Assembly: GCA_964252035.1 (NCBI GenBank)
Contig: OZ176216.1
Source of the DNA: Podarcis erhardii
Lineage: Eukaryota
Length of the DNA stretch: 64,000 bases
Strand: one strand, 5' to 3'
The notes under the pieces were generated by a model that saw only the letters and a program-made list of their open reading frames with translations, was not told the origin of the DNA and ran no database searches. Positions 34,832 to 47,998 of the stretch are shown here, one piece after another (position 1 is the first letter of the stretch; every line of letters starts with the position of its first letter). The translations under genes and the position numbers were made by a program.

Positions 34832-36353
34832 TAATAACCTAATTCCTCAAATTTTATAAAGAGTGCAAGCCAGAAGCACGTGAGCCACTGACTCAATACT
34901 GCCATCTCCACAGAGGAGCCTGCAGGAAAGGCATGAAAGCAACAAATTCCCCCTGTTGATTACCCCCCACACCTGGTTTTGAAAGCTACACTGCACCCCT
35001 ACATGGAGGCTACATTTATCAACCAAATGCTCATGCCCAAACCCACATAAGAGGCCCTGGCTAGCCCTCTGCATCTTCATCTCTTTCTGTTGCCCTACAC
35101 ATTTGATTTCTGTCTGCTTCCAGCAATCACCGGGACCCCATCCCAACTGCCATATTTACCCAGAGTGCTCTGTACATCTGCTGCCATGTTTGTAGGAGAG
35201 CTTTGTGTCAGAGGCCCTATGCAAAGCTAAACTGGGGCAGAGGCCCTTAGGCAGGGTCCACAGCCCCTCTCTCATTTCTGAATTATATCCTTCCACATGT
35301 TGATTCTGAATCCCTTTCCAATCCTTGGGGATCATGTAGTGATCTGTGTTCCTTCCACATCGATGGCAGCGCTTGGACGGGTGGTAATATCGACATCTAC
35401 TGCCAATATGCCATGGCTTCCCAAGTCCCTCGAGTTCAAGTGAACTTTTTCTTCTCCTTGTTTGGGTTTTCAAAAGGCATGCCCTCGCTTTGACTGTGTA
35501 TACAGTAGCCCCGTAATTGCAAAGACTTCACAGTGATAGTCAACTTTAGATTCTGAAGCATTTGACGCTCTCCCAATTTCAGAGATTCCTTATGTCTGTG
35601 GCTATGATTTTACTGTGTCCACACAGAGGCATTCCTGGAGCTGAGAACTGAACATTTGTTAAAAAGAAAAGATTTTTAATGTAAGAAAGTATATCAAAGA
35701 GATCTCTAGACTAGGGGTTCCTAAACTTTGCTCCATGAACCACCATTGGTCCATGAACTTCATTCAGGTGGACTGTAGAATGTCTCCCTTAAATATTAAT
35801 AATTATTTTAAATTGTACTTTATTTAATTCTAAATTGCATTTTTATTGCTTCTTTAATTCTCATATTGTGTGTGTGTTTGTGTTTGTATTACAGTCTTAA
35901 TGTTATGGAACTACCATTGTGCTCTTGTGCAACCCCTGTTCCTTGTGACACCTCCCTGTGAGTTGCATCTGAAAAAAAAATCCTGATGATTTATTTGGAG
36001 TGCAGATATTGCATTCCCATGGGGTTGAGCCCAGAGTTAGTCACACTCATGGAACAGACTCTTTGAAATTAATGGGCATGGAAAACTTAGGTCCATTAAC
36101 TGAATAGGTCTACTCCAGGCAAAAGCTAGCTTGTTAGTTAGACTCATTCCCTAAGTTTCAATTTTTTATTTTCTTTTATCTCTAAGAAACCCCACACCCA
36201 TTTTGGGATCTCTGTTCAAAGAGGTCTTTCATTCATTTTCACTGCTACTAACAGGATGAGTTTTTTGACAGGTAAATTTTTAAGATTTATCCATGAATCT
36301 TGGTAAACATGTATTTTATAATGTTCTCTCCTTCTCTCTCTCTCTCTCTATAG

Positions 36354-36440
36354 CGGGTGCCAAAGCCTTTGTCTGTGACCACTGCGGAGCTCAGTTCTCA
36401 AAAGAAGATGCTCTGGAGACCCACAGGCAGACCCACACTG
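36354..36440 (+). CDS. ZBTB16: ZBTB16/PLZF internal coding exon (orthologous to human exon 4): (A)GAKAFVCDHCGAQFSKEDALETHRQTHT(G), C2H2 ZF3
   Basis: The peptide matches PLZF. A (CT)n tract plus TAG acceptor ends at 36353 and a GTAGGT donor starts at 36441. It is 87 bp, phase 1-1, and joins in frame with the 326-423 exon (TCA G|CG GGT). Confidence 0.97.
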
Positions 36441-37099
36441 GTAGGTGTTCTGTTTGGGGGTTTCATTTGTTTTTTTTCAAAAATCTCTCGATTTTGCAAA
36501 ACAGCGGTTTGCTTGCAGAACGGCATTGTTATTCCAGAATTCCTGGAAAGATCATACATGAAATATCAAAGTGTGTGGGGGGGGTTGCACATACAAACCC
36601 CTCACCCAATGCACTGGGAAGGTCTGCAGGGACTTCTACTTGCCTTTGCTTGAGGGTGAGTAGAACCCTTCAGGCAACTAGGAACTGCAATAAAGCTGGC
36701 AGGAGGCTGATGGCAACTGTAGTCCAATTCATTTGAAGCACATCAGGTTGGGAGAGGGTGATGCAGGGCACTGCAATAAAAATGGGAGGGTGATCATCAA
36801 TACATTTGCTGACTGAAGGCTGATGTGCCTCTGATCGCCACAGGCTGATGGAAGGCAAAAACTTATCATAAACAGTTTGCTCAACAACCTGTTGCTCAAC
36901 ACAGATTGCTCAATTTCTAGTTTCAGTCTTGATCAATGTATTGTTTAATTGGGCTCACCTGAGCTGCGATGTGTGAGATCAACAACTTTCCCACTGGAAG
37001 ACTTTTCGGAGAGTTGCTTCATAGCACAGAAGCTGTCCTTGTGAACGGTCTTATCCACATGTACCCAGGTTCCCTCCCTATGCTAAGCAAAGTGTGCTT

Positions 37100-37934
37100 T
37101 GGTTTTTCTTTTTAAAGAATATTTTTTTATTAACCGACCAATCACATCAAATCAAACCAAATTACATAAATTCCAAATTACACAGCCGAATTTTAAATTT
37201 TTGTTGGGGGTACCCATATTTCAAGTTCCGAAGGGGATCCAATCAACTTCTTGCTTCTTACTGCTGTTTTAATGTCCACAAATCTAACCTATGTTCACAG
37301 TACTATCCAGTCCTTTCTTATTGTTTTCCACATATCTTGTTGTTATTTTCATATATTTTTCCTTTCTCTTTGTGACCTCTGATAGTCTCCACAAGCTGGT
37401 TAGAACATTTTGTAATCCTGCGTGGATATTATTTTTTTTATCCAGTAGCCATATCCAGACGTTTTCCATATAACATCACTTCCATACATCAAAACAGTCT
37501 TAGCGTCATTAATCTTCACCAATCTGCCTCCTTTCTCAAAACCTCTGAGGAGATTCACCAGGAATGCAGTCTGAAAACAAGTCTGTTCTTCCTCTCGGCT
37601 ATAAATCCTTTAGCAACATGGCGACTCCGAATTAATTACTGCGCCATTCCAAAAGCTCTTATTGCTTCTCGATCTCCATAAAACATACTTTTGGTTAAAG
37701 TTTATCTCCACACAGACCTTAATCATCCTGCTTGGGTCAGTTCAACCGATGATTCTAATGAGGAGGGGTTCTTGTAAATCACATAGAAGGAAAGTAAAAA
37801 AGGTTCCCCCCCCCATTCAGTCCCGTGGTCAACATACCCAGCCTTTGGTGTATCTTCATCGTAAAATATTCCTGTTTCTCCAACCCGTCGTCTTCTTTCG
37901 CAGAGGTCACTTAAATTAGCAGACTTCACTCCCC
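37100..37934 (-). mobile_element. Unclassified retroposon-like element, L1-like 3' end
   Basis: The minus strand ends AATAAAAAAATATTCTTTAAAAAGAAAA and has a CpG-retaining body. No RT-like peptide or clear TSD was seen. Confidence 0.4.
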
Positions 37935-40419
37935 TTCTTCACTTGAAATATGTGCATTTGCTTCTTTTGTAATTAATTATTCCAAATTGCTGCAGCTAGT
38001 GCACGATCAGAGACAGCGTCCAGGAGAGCCGAGGTCCACACGGGGGCATTCTGCCTGGGGCCCTCACCCCCTTCTTTTGAATTAGGGGGTGATTTATGGG
38101 CACAGCAGGCAAGGGCAGTGTTCCCCATTTCCTTGGGGCAACAAGGGAGGCTGCCTACTCCCATAACAGCCTCTTAATTACCCTGTGTGGTATTGTCGCC
38201 ATCTTCCAAAGATGGTATTGTCGCCATCTTCCAATGTGCCCCCTAGTAGCCCCCCGATAGTGTGCTTTGAACAGTGAATCATGGAGCTCCCATTGTGAAT
38301 TGGTGGGATGGTGGTGGAGATAATGTATTCCTGAGAGCACTCCTGCCTTAGGTACCCTGATCATCTACAGCAGGGATGAAGGATCTGGTGAACTCCTGAT
38401 GTTACTGACCTCGAACTCCCATCAGCCCCAGCCAGCACAGCCAATAGTCTGGGGTGATGGGAGTTAGAGTCCAGAGACCATATGAGAGGGTCTCCACCTT
38501 TGCTCTGTGGGAATTTATGCTTGAGCTAATAACTTTCTTTCCAAGCATGCCAAGTTTAAGAAAAAAGGCACGGTAAGAGAATTAGTTATGGTGAAACTGG
38601 CTGCATTCACACGGCAATCTATAACGTTTTCACAACTTTTCCCTAACAGTATTACATTTGAGCTTTCACACGACATAAAAGCCAATTCTGTAACGGAAGT
38701 TTAGTGCTCATTTCTGTGTTATTTGCTCCCAGGGGAAAAAAAATCCATTTGCAAATAATATGAAAATGAGCGCTAAACTTGCACTGTACATCACTCTCAT
38801 TCCACTCATAGTTCCAGAAGTGGCTTTTATGCCATGTGAAATGGAAATAAACAGTTAGGGAAAGTTCATGCAAATGGAATGCACTGCCATGTGAATGGTG
38901 CCCAGTAGAGATTTTCTCTGCCGCTGAATGGAGGAACAGTCTTGAACGGGTGATAGCAAGGGGAATTGGAGGGGTATTGGCACCTGGGGCAAAATGCCCC
39001 ACTGCCACACCCACAAAGGGGAGGGGGGCAAACTTCACAAGGGCTTCTCCTTTCTGGCTCTCCCACTCCCAACCGGTGGTGGAGCTTTGCTTCTCCCCTC
39101 AGGAAAAAACAGTGCAAAGCTCTGCCACTCCACCGGGTATGGGGGAGATCTCCTGCCCACCTGATGGCAAAGCTTGGCAGCAGAACGGGGGTGCTGACCC
39201 TTGGGGGTGCCCTCTGAGGTGTCCGCTTCACCCCAAATCATGATGAGGGGCATCTCTGGTTGCTAGGAAGGGGCTCTCTCAGACGTTGCACCTACCCTTT
39301 CAGCACGTTGCTCTACCCCATAGTTTTATCTCAGTGTTTTTTGTTTCTGTTCCATTTTTTTGCAGACAGTAGGAGGCAAAAGCTTCGCTCTTTATCATGG
39401 CATATTTTGTACTGTGAGCGCCTCCTTTCACTGAGTACTTTGCTTGAACTTACTGGCTTGAGGGTCCCAGGGGAGGCTCCAGCTTCATTCACACTTTGAG
39501 CATGACTCTGCGCACTCCTGCGACTGAAGCGGGAGACAGCTCCCTCCCTCCCTCCCGGACTATATTAGGGCGAGCAAATCTTTTTAGTACCGATAAACCA
39601 ATAAATGCCAATGAGGATGGAATGTATGAATCCGCAAGTTGAAATTTAACACCCTGGATGCTATCTTGGCTCCCAAATATACAACAGCTGACTGTGTGCA
39701 CCAGGATTAGGAAGAGCCGGCATTAGACCGTACATGCATCATAGAGCGCAACCGATGCTTGCCGTGCCATTCGATCTTGCAACTGCATTGGCAAAGTAGC
39801 AGTTAATAAATTTCAGAATGATTGTCCTCCTCCTCCTCCTAAGACTAGCCAGCTGGTTGATGTTGGCAACAGATAAAGTTGTTTTGTTACTAATGGAATT
39901 CACAGCAGAAGCATTTTCAGGAGGACGGGGGAGGAAGGGCTCCTACCTGGAATCTACTCCAGAGCTAAGGGATCAAACAGCAAATACGTGTGGCTGTGTT
40001 ACTTTCTCTTTCACAAAACCCCTGGTGCAGTGAGAAGCCTGTTTTATGAGTTGATAGGCGTTGACTGTAATAGAAATAGGAACAGGTGCCCTTTCCATTT
40101 GACCTACATAGTTTGTGCAACGTGATGGCCTTTGAGACTCTTGGCGTATCTTCTTAACTGCAAAGGCACACCTGGTTTAACAGCCATCCCCTCCTTCCAG
40201 GGGATCCTGGGAACTATAGGTGTGTGAGCGGGGCTAGGGATCTGCAACAGACAATTCTCAGTACCCTCACTCAGTTCCCAGGATTTCTCGAGGAGCCAAG
40301 CGCTTGATATGTAACTTTGCCGTGCAGTTCTGCCATGTGGAGAGTTGGGGCCGCCATTTTGGGCAGTAAACCAAAGCCGTTAAACATGTGCAGCCTAAAA
40401 GTCAGAGGTCACGCACCTG

Positions 40420-40600
40420 CTGTACACACATGAGCATCTTAAGTTCAAGTCCTGGCATCTCCAGTTAGAAGGATCAGATGACGGGCAATTGGAAGGACCT
40501 CTGCCTCAGACTCCAGAGAGAGAGAAGGTGCTGCCAGTCAGAATAGACAGCCTTAGACCAGGTGGATAGATAGTCTGACCTCGTATGGGGCAGCTTTCTG
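40420..40600 (+). mobile_element. Diverged tRNA-derived SINE
   Basis: AGTTCAAGTCCTGGCATCTCCAG...GCTGCCAGTCAGAxTAGACA body, shared with 51838-52023. Confidence 0.6.
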
Positions 40601-41964
40601 TATCCACATTCAATGCCTCATTATGAAGACCCACGATGGAAGGAATCTACTATGTGTGCTTTTATAGCGGCATCACAGTGCCACTGTTAGCCAACTAGCA
40701 GAAGCCTTTGGGGCAACTCAGTGCCACATTGCCACTGTGAGGTGGGAGCTTGCTGTGGGAAAGTGACTTTGTGGTGTCCTGGGCGCATCAGAAAGATAGC
40801 ATGAAGCTTGGACAACCTCTTGCCAGGGGCTTGGGAGACTTGTACTGGCCACCAGTGGGATCAAGAAAGTATGCAGTGAGGTTTTGGGATCTAGGAAGTA
40901 TGGTGGTGGGAGCCTTCTCTAATCCCCTGGACTACCCAGGTGCACTATTGCGACACTCTTAAGTGTCTGCTTAATCTGTCGGCCACACAGAACCCAAAAG
41001 CAAATGAACTGCTCTCTGAGTTTTCACAACTGAAACCAACACCTGCCTGGAATATCACAAAGAGCCCAGATAGACCCAGGCTTTTGCAAATCTGAAAATG
41101 GGAATATTTCATTTGAAGAAACCCATGGAGAAAATGCTTTATCTGAGTGAAAGGGACCCATCCCATCCCCTCTTCCTTTCCATATGCTTCACCATGTGAG
41201 ATAACAAAACATAACTTCCTGCAAATTAAAAGCTAGCATTTCAGGATAAATATCCTAGTTCAGTATCAGGCCTCAGCAAAGGCAGTTCATTCAAGTAGGT
41301 CAGAGACATGTTTGCATGTTCCAAAAATAGGAAGGAGTCAAGATCCATGGCAGATTGGTCAAGATGGATTGGGGAGCCAGAATTTAGCCAGTGCCTTCAT
41401 CACTAGGAGACTGAGATGGTCCTGTAGAGGACCAGGCATGAGACTAGATGGTCCTGTCTCCGTGCAAGGAGCTCTGTCTTGCAACAGGAATGGAGTGTTG
41501 AGGGCAGGTGCTGAGGTTTGACTGCTCAGAGCCCCAGTTCTAGACCCACCCAAGGTCCTTCGCCTGCTGTGCTAGTTTCCTGTTTGGAAGGCTTGTGCCT
41601 TCAAGCAGGGCTAGCTGTGGTGGATGTCCCACATGTCAGTGGTCCTTGTCTTAGCAGACAGATCCTGCCTTCTCTTTATTTCTGGGAGGTGACAGCAGGG
41701 GGAGGCGCCTATTGACAACAACCACAAATGAGAAGGAGGCATACAGTAGCTTCCTGAGGATGTCCCCTTCTGATGTATTCAGAATCCAGTACTGCCTCAC
41801 TGGGAGCCTGAAGAGGTTACGATCTATGCTACCACCTCAGACCTTACCTGCTTCATTTGGCTGCCCAGATAAATGAAGCATTTCTGGCAGAGGAAGTGAG
41901 ACAGCCACAGTTCTGGAAAGGCTTGTAGGAACTATGGGGGTGTAGCAAGCTGACATATTATAGG

Positions 41965-42140
41965 GCAGGTCACTCATCCATGTAGCTCAGTACTGACTGT
42001 CTACCCTGACTGCCAGAGCTGCATTTCAGGGTTCAGGCAGTAGGATGTTCCCAGATGTTTGGGGATGCTGCCCGGATTTGAACCTCGCACCTTCTGCATG
42101 CAAAGCTGGTGCTCTCCCACTGAGATCCTGCCCTTCCTTT
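41965..42140 (-). mobile_element. Diverged tRNA-derived SINE
   Basis: GGATTTGAACCTCGCACCTTCTGCATGCAAAG...CTCTCCCACTGAG head, reverse orientation. Confidence 0.65.
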
Positions 42141-45100
42141 TGGTTGAGTTCTTCTGGCAAACTGGGGTGGCTCTTAGTGGAATGTCCATGACCAGCTCCT
42201 AAGTTGGAGATGAATTAGCTCACAAGGGAGATGTTACCCCAGCAAAAGTCCAGAGGAGACTGGGAGACTTATATAGCCACTGCCACCCCTTCCTCTTCCC
42301 AATTCTCTGCTAGAACATTATTGCATGTGGGTCGTCTCACCTTCCCTCCACAAGAGAGTGGTCTGGTGGCCAAATGGTTATTCCTTTGGTGGCTCTGGGC
42401 TTCCCATCAGTTCTGCTGCCACCTTTGATCCTGAGGCTGGGGGGTGGGGGTGGAGCAGGGGAATCAGGACTCTGGAAGGGGTTGAAGGGGTTGTTAGGAG
42501 GCCCAGATGAAGCGTCTCTAAGATGGGCTCTTCAGGCAGCCTTTGAACTATTGTGGGTTCTTCCAGTTCTCCATCCTCTTTCTCCAAACAGGTCCCTCCT
42601 GAGCCTGGCAGGATTCTGGCATGGGTCTTCTGCACCTCTTCTGGAGATGGAAGGGTAGGGGGTGGTAGAAGAACACACCTGCCAATGCCATGCTGTTTCC
42701 CCCCTGTGAGGGGAGCCTTGTGTTTTTCAAGGCAGCTTTCATGTTGCATCTGCCCCCTTCAAATAGAGGACAAGAGAGTTCCTAACGGTCAGGTTTCAAT
42801 GATGACCTTGGATGGGAGGGGTGGAGCACTCCTGGGACAGATTAAGTATGTTTTGATTTAAAACTTTGGGACAAGAATGTCGGTGGCTGCCAGCAAAAGC
42901 GGCTGCCCTGTCAGAGCTCAGAGGGTGACATGATCATGCAGAATCGAGGAACAAAAATAGGCAGCTCGAGGTCAGCGCGACCCAAGTGGAGCAGGTTTAG
43001 CATCGCCTCTTCGAGCTGTAAACAAGTGTGTCTCAGTTGCATGTCAGTAACTGGCTTTATGGCCAAAAAGTGCCTCCCTCTTGCCAAGAAATTGATAGCT
43101 TCCTCTTGCTGAGCAGGGCTGGAAATAGCACTGGTAGGAGGATCAAACTCTGAACTTGTTGGCGTTTTCTGAAGTGAAAGCTCCCTGCGCCTGGAAGAAA
43201 AAGACTCCAAGGCTTATAATTCCCCTAATTCACTGTTGAGGTAGCAAGAATGACCCCTTCAAACCAGCAAAGTTGTGGTGGTGTTTTGGGGGTTGGAGTC
43301 CACCTTCCTGTCCCTTAGATTATTTGAACTTGGGCACCAGGCAATTGCAATGAAGATAACAGCATGCAGATGAGACTTCCTGGATCAGGCCAAAGCCCTC
43401 TACTCAGTGAATGAATTGCCTCTGGCCCACCAGGTGGCATTAGACTCCCAGCACCCTTGATCATGCTGGCTGGGACTGGTGCGGGTAGAAGCCGGTTCCC
43501 CACCCCTGAGCTAAGTCAACCTGTTTATGGAGAGCAGGCCAAAGACTGGAGAAGGAGATGTGCATTAGCCCGTAGGGCCACCGCAGAGGAAGACCTCCAA
43601 AGGTATATGGGGCCTAAGTCATTTAGAGCGTGATAGATCATCATCAGTGCCTTGACTGGGAAAGCAACTTGTTTAAAACTGGTGCTATATGCAAGTAATC
43701 AGAAACATCCTGGCTGCCACCTTCAAATTTGTAGCTTCTGAAACCATTTTCGGCCCCAAGTAGTGCCTGTTAGCAAACTCACCAAATGTCCCTGTTTTCC
43801 AGGGACAGTCCCTGATTGACAGAAGCTGTCCTGGTTTCTGATTAGATCCAAGAATATCCCGCTTTTCCTTAGGACATCCCTAGTTTCATCAGAGAAATGT
43901 TGGAGGGTATGCAAGAGTATAATCTGAAGGTTTCCAAAAAAAGGGATAACTGTATCTAGACTTTTCTGGTCCAGGAAAGACCATCGCTGGTGAACCAGTG
44001 GCTACTAGCCACAATGGCTATGATCTACCTCCACAGTCAGAGGCATTGTGCCTCTTAATACCAGTTGATGGGATGGGCAGAAAGTCATTACCTTCAGGTC
44101 CTGCCAGTGGGCATCCCACAGACCACTTTGAGATCAGGGTGTTGGACTAGATGGGCCACTTGCTTAATCTAGCAGGCTTATTTTATGTTCTTAGCTAGTC
44201 ATAGGCACTACAGGCCATTAAAACCACCTGGTCTTCCAGTGACAAAAAACTGGTCCCAAGAGTATCCCCTCCAAAGCGATACAGATACTCCTTCAAGGGA
44301 ATGCAATTCCCAGCTAGATCCTCTAGATGCTGGATTCAGGAATGGGCCAACGACATCACCTCTGTCTAGTCTGGATTCAGCTTCACTTTATTCTTGATGA
44401 ATCTGTTTCTTTACAACCTATAAGAGCCAGTGCAACACAACAAGCTGACCTAGTGAAGACCTCTAGCAAAGAAACCCTCTATGTGACAGTTTGGTTTCTG
44501 TTCACCGTGCGGAAAAATTGCTCTCTCTCCCCTTGCAATTCCCAACCTCCCTGTCCCCTCTCCTCAACAATTACATATATTCAAAAGAGATCAAGACGTC
44601 TGTAATCTGCTAGAAGACACTTTGGGCTCCATTGGTTTTTCTGTGGCTGTTCACATCACTTGGCCTCTGCATTCACAGGAAAAAATGTTTTGGCACCCTG
44701 CTACGCCTGGGGGAAAGGTGTAAAAAAAAAAAAAGTAATATATATTTTTTGAAATTAAAAAGGAATGAATTCAATCAGCACCAGCTGCTAGCAGCATGGT
44801 TGCAGTGTTCAGGTTACACGGAAAATGTAGCAGCAACTGGTTGTGTCCCTTTTTATTTCAAAAAAATGTAATAGCTGTTGACTTTTTTAAATATCAGAGG
44901 TGATTTGTATAGGATTTCCCAGGCTGGGCCAAAGTATTTCACATGCGCAAAAGACCGAGAGCAGAATGCTGTGTAACGTCAGCCCCACATGGGAAGCTTC
45001 TGTCCTGAGCTTGTGTTTGTACAGTCAATACCCTGGCATGGATTTACTCCTGACCTAGTTTTGCACTCTGCTACTACAGGGGCATGCTGGATGCCTAATA

Positions 45101-46302
45101 TAGAGCTGATTTTCTTAGCATGTGGCGTCTCTGCCATGACAGGGTCTGATTTGCGACGCGAGCGATGCTCTTTCATGTAGTATGGGCCCATTCCTCCTAG
45201 GTTTTGCCTGCTACGTGGACCAGCGCAACTTTTGAAGCCCAAAAGCTTCTGCCTGGACTGTGTGAACTTGGCATAGCCGAGCAAAGAGAGCAAACATCAC
45301 GTGGGGACTTAAACTGAGCACGGTGTCAAATTAGCATAACTTGGCCATCATAAAGACGTGCCTCCTCTCTTAAGGCAAAAACACCAGCAGGGTCTATTCA
45401 GATCCAATGCAAAGAAGCTGCAATTATTTTATGCATGTATTTGAGGGTGAGAGAAATAGCTTATGCTATAAAAGTTGCGGATGTGTGTATTTTGGCGCAG
45501 TGGCATTATACTCACTTTTCTTTCTGCTCCCACGGAACATGACACACCCTTGCTTACATGATCTGAATGTTCTTACATTAAGGCATCTCCAACAAGGTGT
45601 GGGACACAATCTCTTCTCTTTGCGTATCATCCTAGAGGTGTAATAACACGGGCTAATCTGTGCCTTCCATAGTGAGGATTCAGCTGTAGTCAGAGCCAGG
45701 GAGGCTGGACTGTACAGTCCTCAGTTCTGCTTTCCGGAATGAAACTCTTAAAAATTATCAGCTAAACTGCTTTCCTTTGGGGCAAAGGACATTTCTGGTG
45801 AAACCAGTGAAAACTGGCATGCAACGAGGTTTCTCTCTCTCTCGCTAGCCAACTAAGTTCTCTTCAGACTCAAGGGGTCTTCTCCAAGAAATCTCCACTC
45901 TGAGAAGACCTATTGAAATGAATGGACCTAAGTTAGCCATACCCATTCATTTCAATGGGTTGGCTCTGAGCATGCTGGGATGCTAGATGCAAGATACAGC
46001 ATTATCTTTTCGGCTCCATGAGCCCATTTCCCACTGACGCAAAGATTATTTGTCATAGGTTTTGTTTGCTTAATTTAAATATAAGCTGTTAATTTCCTTT
46101 TTTTAAAAAAAAAAAAGCAACAACAACTTGGTAGCTCAGCTTGGCATTTTCACTGCGCATTTGCTAGCATCGAATTTCACCTGCTGCCTTCCATCCCTGC
46201 CATGGCCATTGCTCCTATACTCGGTTGAAAAATTGTGTGGCATTCTGTGTTTTTGATTTTCACTGTCTGCCAGTCCCACAGTTATTCCATTCTTCACTCC
46301 GC

Positions 46303-46337
<35 letters not shown>

Positions 46338-47269
46338 TCTCCTCTTCCCAGATCATTAGTAAACATGTTAGAACATCCTTGCTCCCAGCAGAAAACATCT
46401 TTGCTTCTTCTCTTGCAGCTTAGTCTTTAAACTGCCCTTCCTTTGGTCAAAGACATTCGGCTTCATGCTCTGTGCCCCCCCCCCAAAAAAAACCTCCCAA
46501 CTTCACTGGCAAAACCACCCACTAGCACCCAAATGGCAGAGAGGAGTTAATAAAACCAATGTGTAACTGAAACATGAAAAGCTATAAATTGTCTCGCGCT
46601 TCCCCTCTCCCCCTTCCCTAGGATGTTGGTAGCATTTTGATTTAATAGTTGGACAAACACAAGGGTCTATTTTATTCAGCGTTTACAGGCCTCGGGGCTG
46701 TTATTCTTCCAAATTTAATAGCATTGAAATTGCAGGGTTTGTGATAATTTGCCCATCACTTTCTGCGCTTCCATTGATGTTTATTGTCAGCGGGATGAAA
46801 TCTCGATCCGATTCACTTAGATAACATGTCTGTTAAACATTTAGATAATTGTGCCATCATTAAGTTGTCACATTATTTTAGAGATTCAAAACAGTATCGT
46901 GGTAAGTGGAGGTACATGGAGAGGGAAGGGCGGGGGGGGGGGGGACTCTTGCAGGAGCACAGCCGTCTCGGGGAGTGAAAGGAGTCAGTCGTGTCACTGG
47001 ATTCCAGCTCGGCTTATTATCACGGCAACAAACCAGTTTGCAGCAGATAGATATATAGATATATAGACAATATGCTTGCTTCAGGCACTTTCTTGGGAAG
47101 TGTTAAAAAGTACTCCGTCTCCTGCCTAGCACAAAGAACCAGAGAATTCGGTCACTTTACACGGCATCAAATGGATTTTCGAATTGGGAAAAGCCTGCTC
47201 AACTTCCCTTGAAAGCTCGCTCACAACTCCACATTTCAGGAAGCTGACTTCTGTGGAGTCAGAGAAGCT

Positions 47270-47420
47270 TCCCATCTAGTTCAGTATTGTCTGCACAGAC
47301 TGGCAGCAGCTCTCCGGGGTTTCAGGGTGCAGCCCTTCCCAGCCCTACTTGCAGAAACCAAGGATTGAACCTAAGGCCTTCTGTGTTCAAAGTGTGTGCT
47401 CTGCCACTGAACTCTGGCGT
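47270..47420 (-). mobile_element. Diverged tRNA-derived SINE
   Basis: GGATTGAACCTAAGGCCTTCTG...GCTCTGCCACTGA head with the shared body. Confidence 0.7.
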
Positions 47421-47998
47421 CTGTCCATGGTGGATCCCAGTTTGTGGCAACTGGTTTTCTTCTGACTTATTCATAATAAGCAGCTTTCTACACAAGGTGG
47501 TATACCATTGAACTCATAGATAAGGGAGGGAGTGAGTCTGTACAGCTCACTGTGCCCTGTGTCCTTCACATGGAGAGCTGGGGGCTTGCAGTGGCACCTT
47601 TTTGCAGACCTTCAGTGCTCCTCTTGAAAGTCAGGAGCAGGATCCTGCCGAGGTGTGACACTGAGGACACCTGCTCTGCCCTTCTCCACCCCATTCACTG
47701 AACACGTGGAGAAGGTCTGACCTGGGCTACTGACACCTTCAATTCACCATTGCCCACAGCCCTCCAACTTGGGAAGGGTGAAGGTCTGCAGAGGGCATCA
47801 TCCTGCCCTCATGGAGTCTCCTCCAGGGGCGTAGCATGGGTTGATGGGGCCCAGGGCAGGGCAAGTGTTGTGCTTCCCTGGTGGATTGGGCAGCGGCCAT
47901 TCTCCTTGCCATCCAGCATCTAATCAAGGGAGTCTGTCCTTGCAAACTAGCCCCAACCTGGAAGCAGAGGTAAGGCAGAGAAAGGCAAAGCCACGAGA

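Larger units (their letters stand above)
33562..34930 (-). mobile_element. CCHC-type LINE 3' remnant (family of 24955-25500), interrupted by a MITE and a SINE
   Basis: After removing the SINE, the minus strand reads CGDGSIESVAHVLLACTLYK/LRN*VITPLLLSTPGH...SFLLADQDDHVTSKTARFLAGAIRTS. A probable 3' end with AATAAA lies near 33562. Confidence 0.65.
424..36353 (+). other. ZBTB16: ZBTB16 intron between the ZF2 and ZF3 exons (35,930 bp)
   Basis: GT...AG boundaries flank the two in-frame exons. Confidence 0.93.

Noticed and set aside
36293-36736. 147-aa ORF containing the zinc finger
   Set aside because: Same issue: the exon is bounded by AG at 36353 and GT at 36441, and the flanks are intronic.
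38188-38234. 22-bp tandem duplication TGGTATTGTCGCCATCTTCCAA with a tiny hairpin and two YY1-like cores
   Set aside because: Probably local slippage inside a degraded MITE-like interior; no evidence of function.
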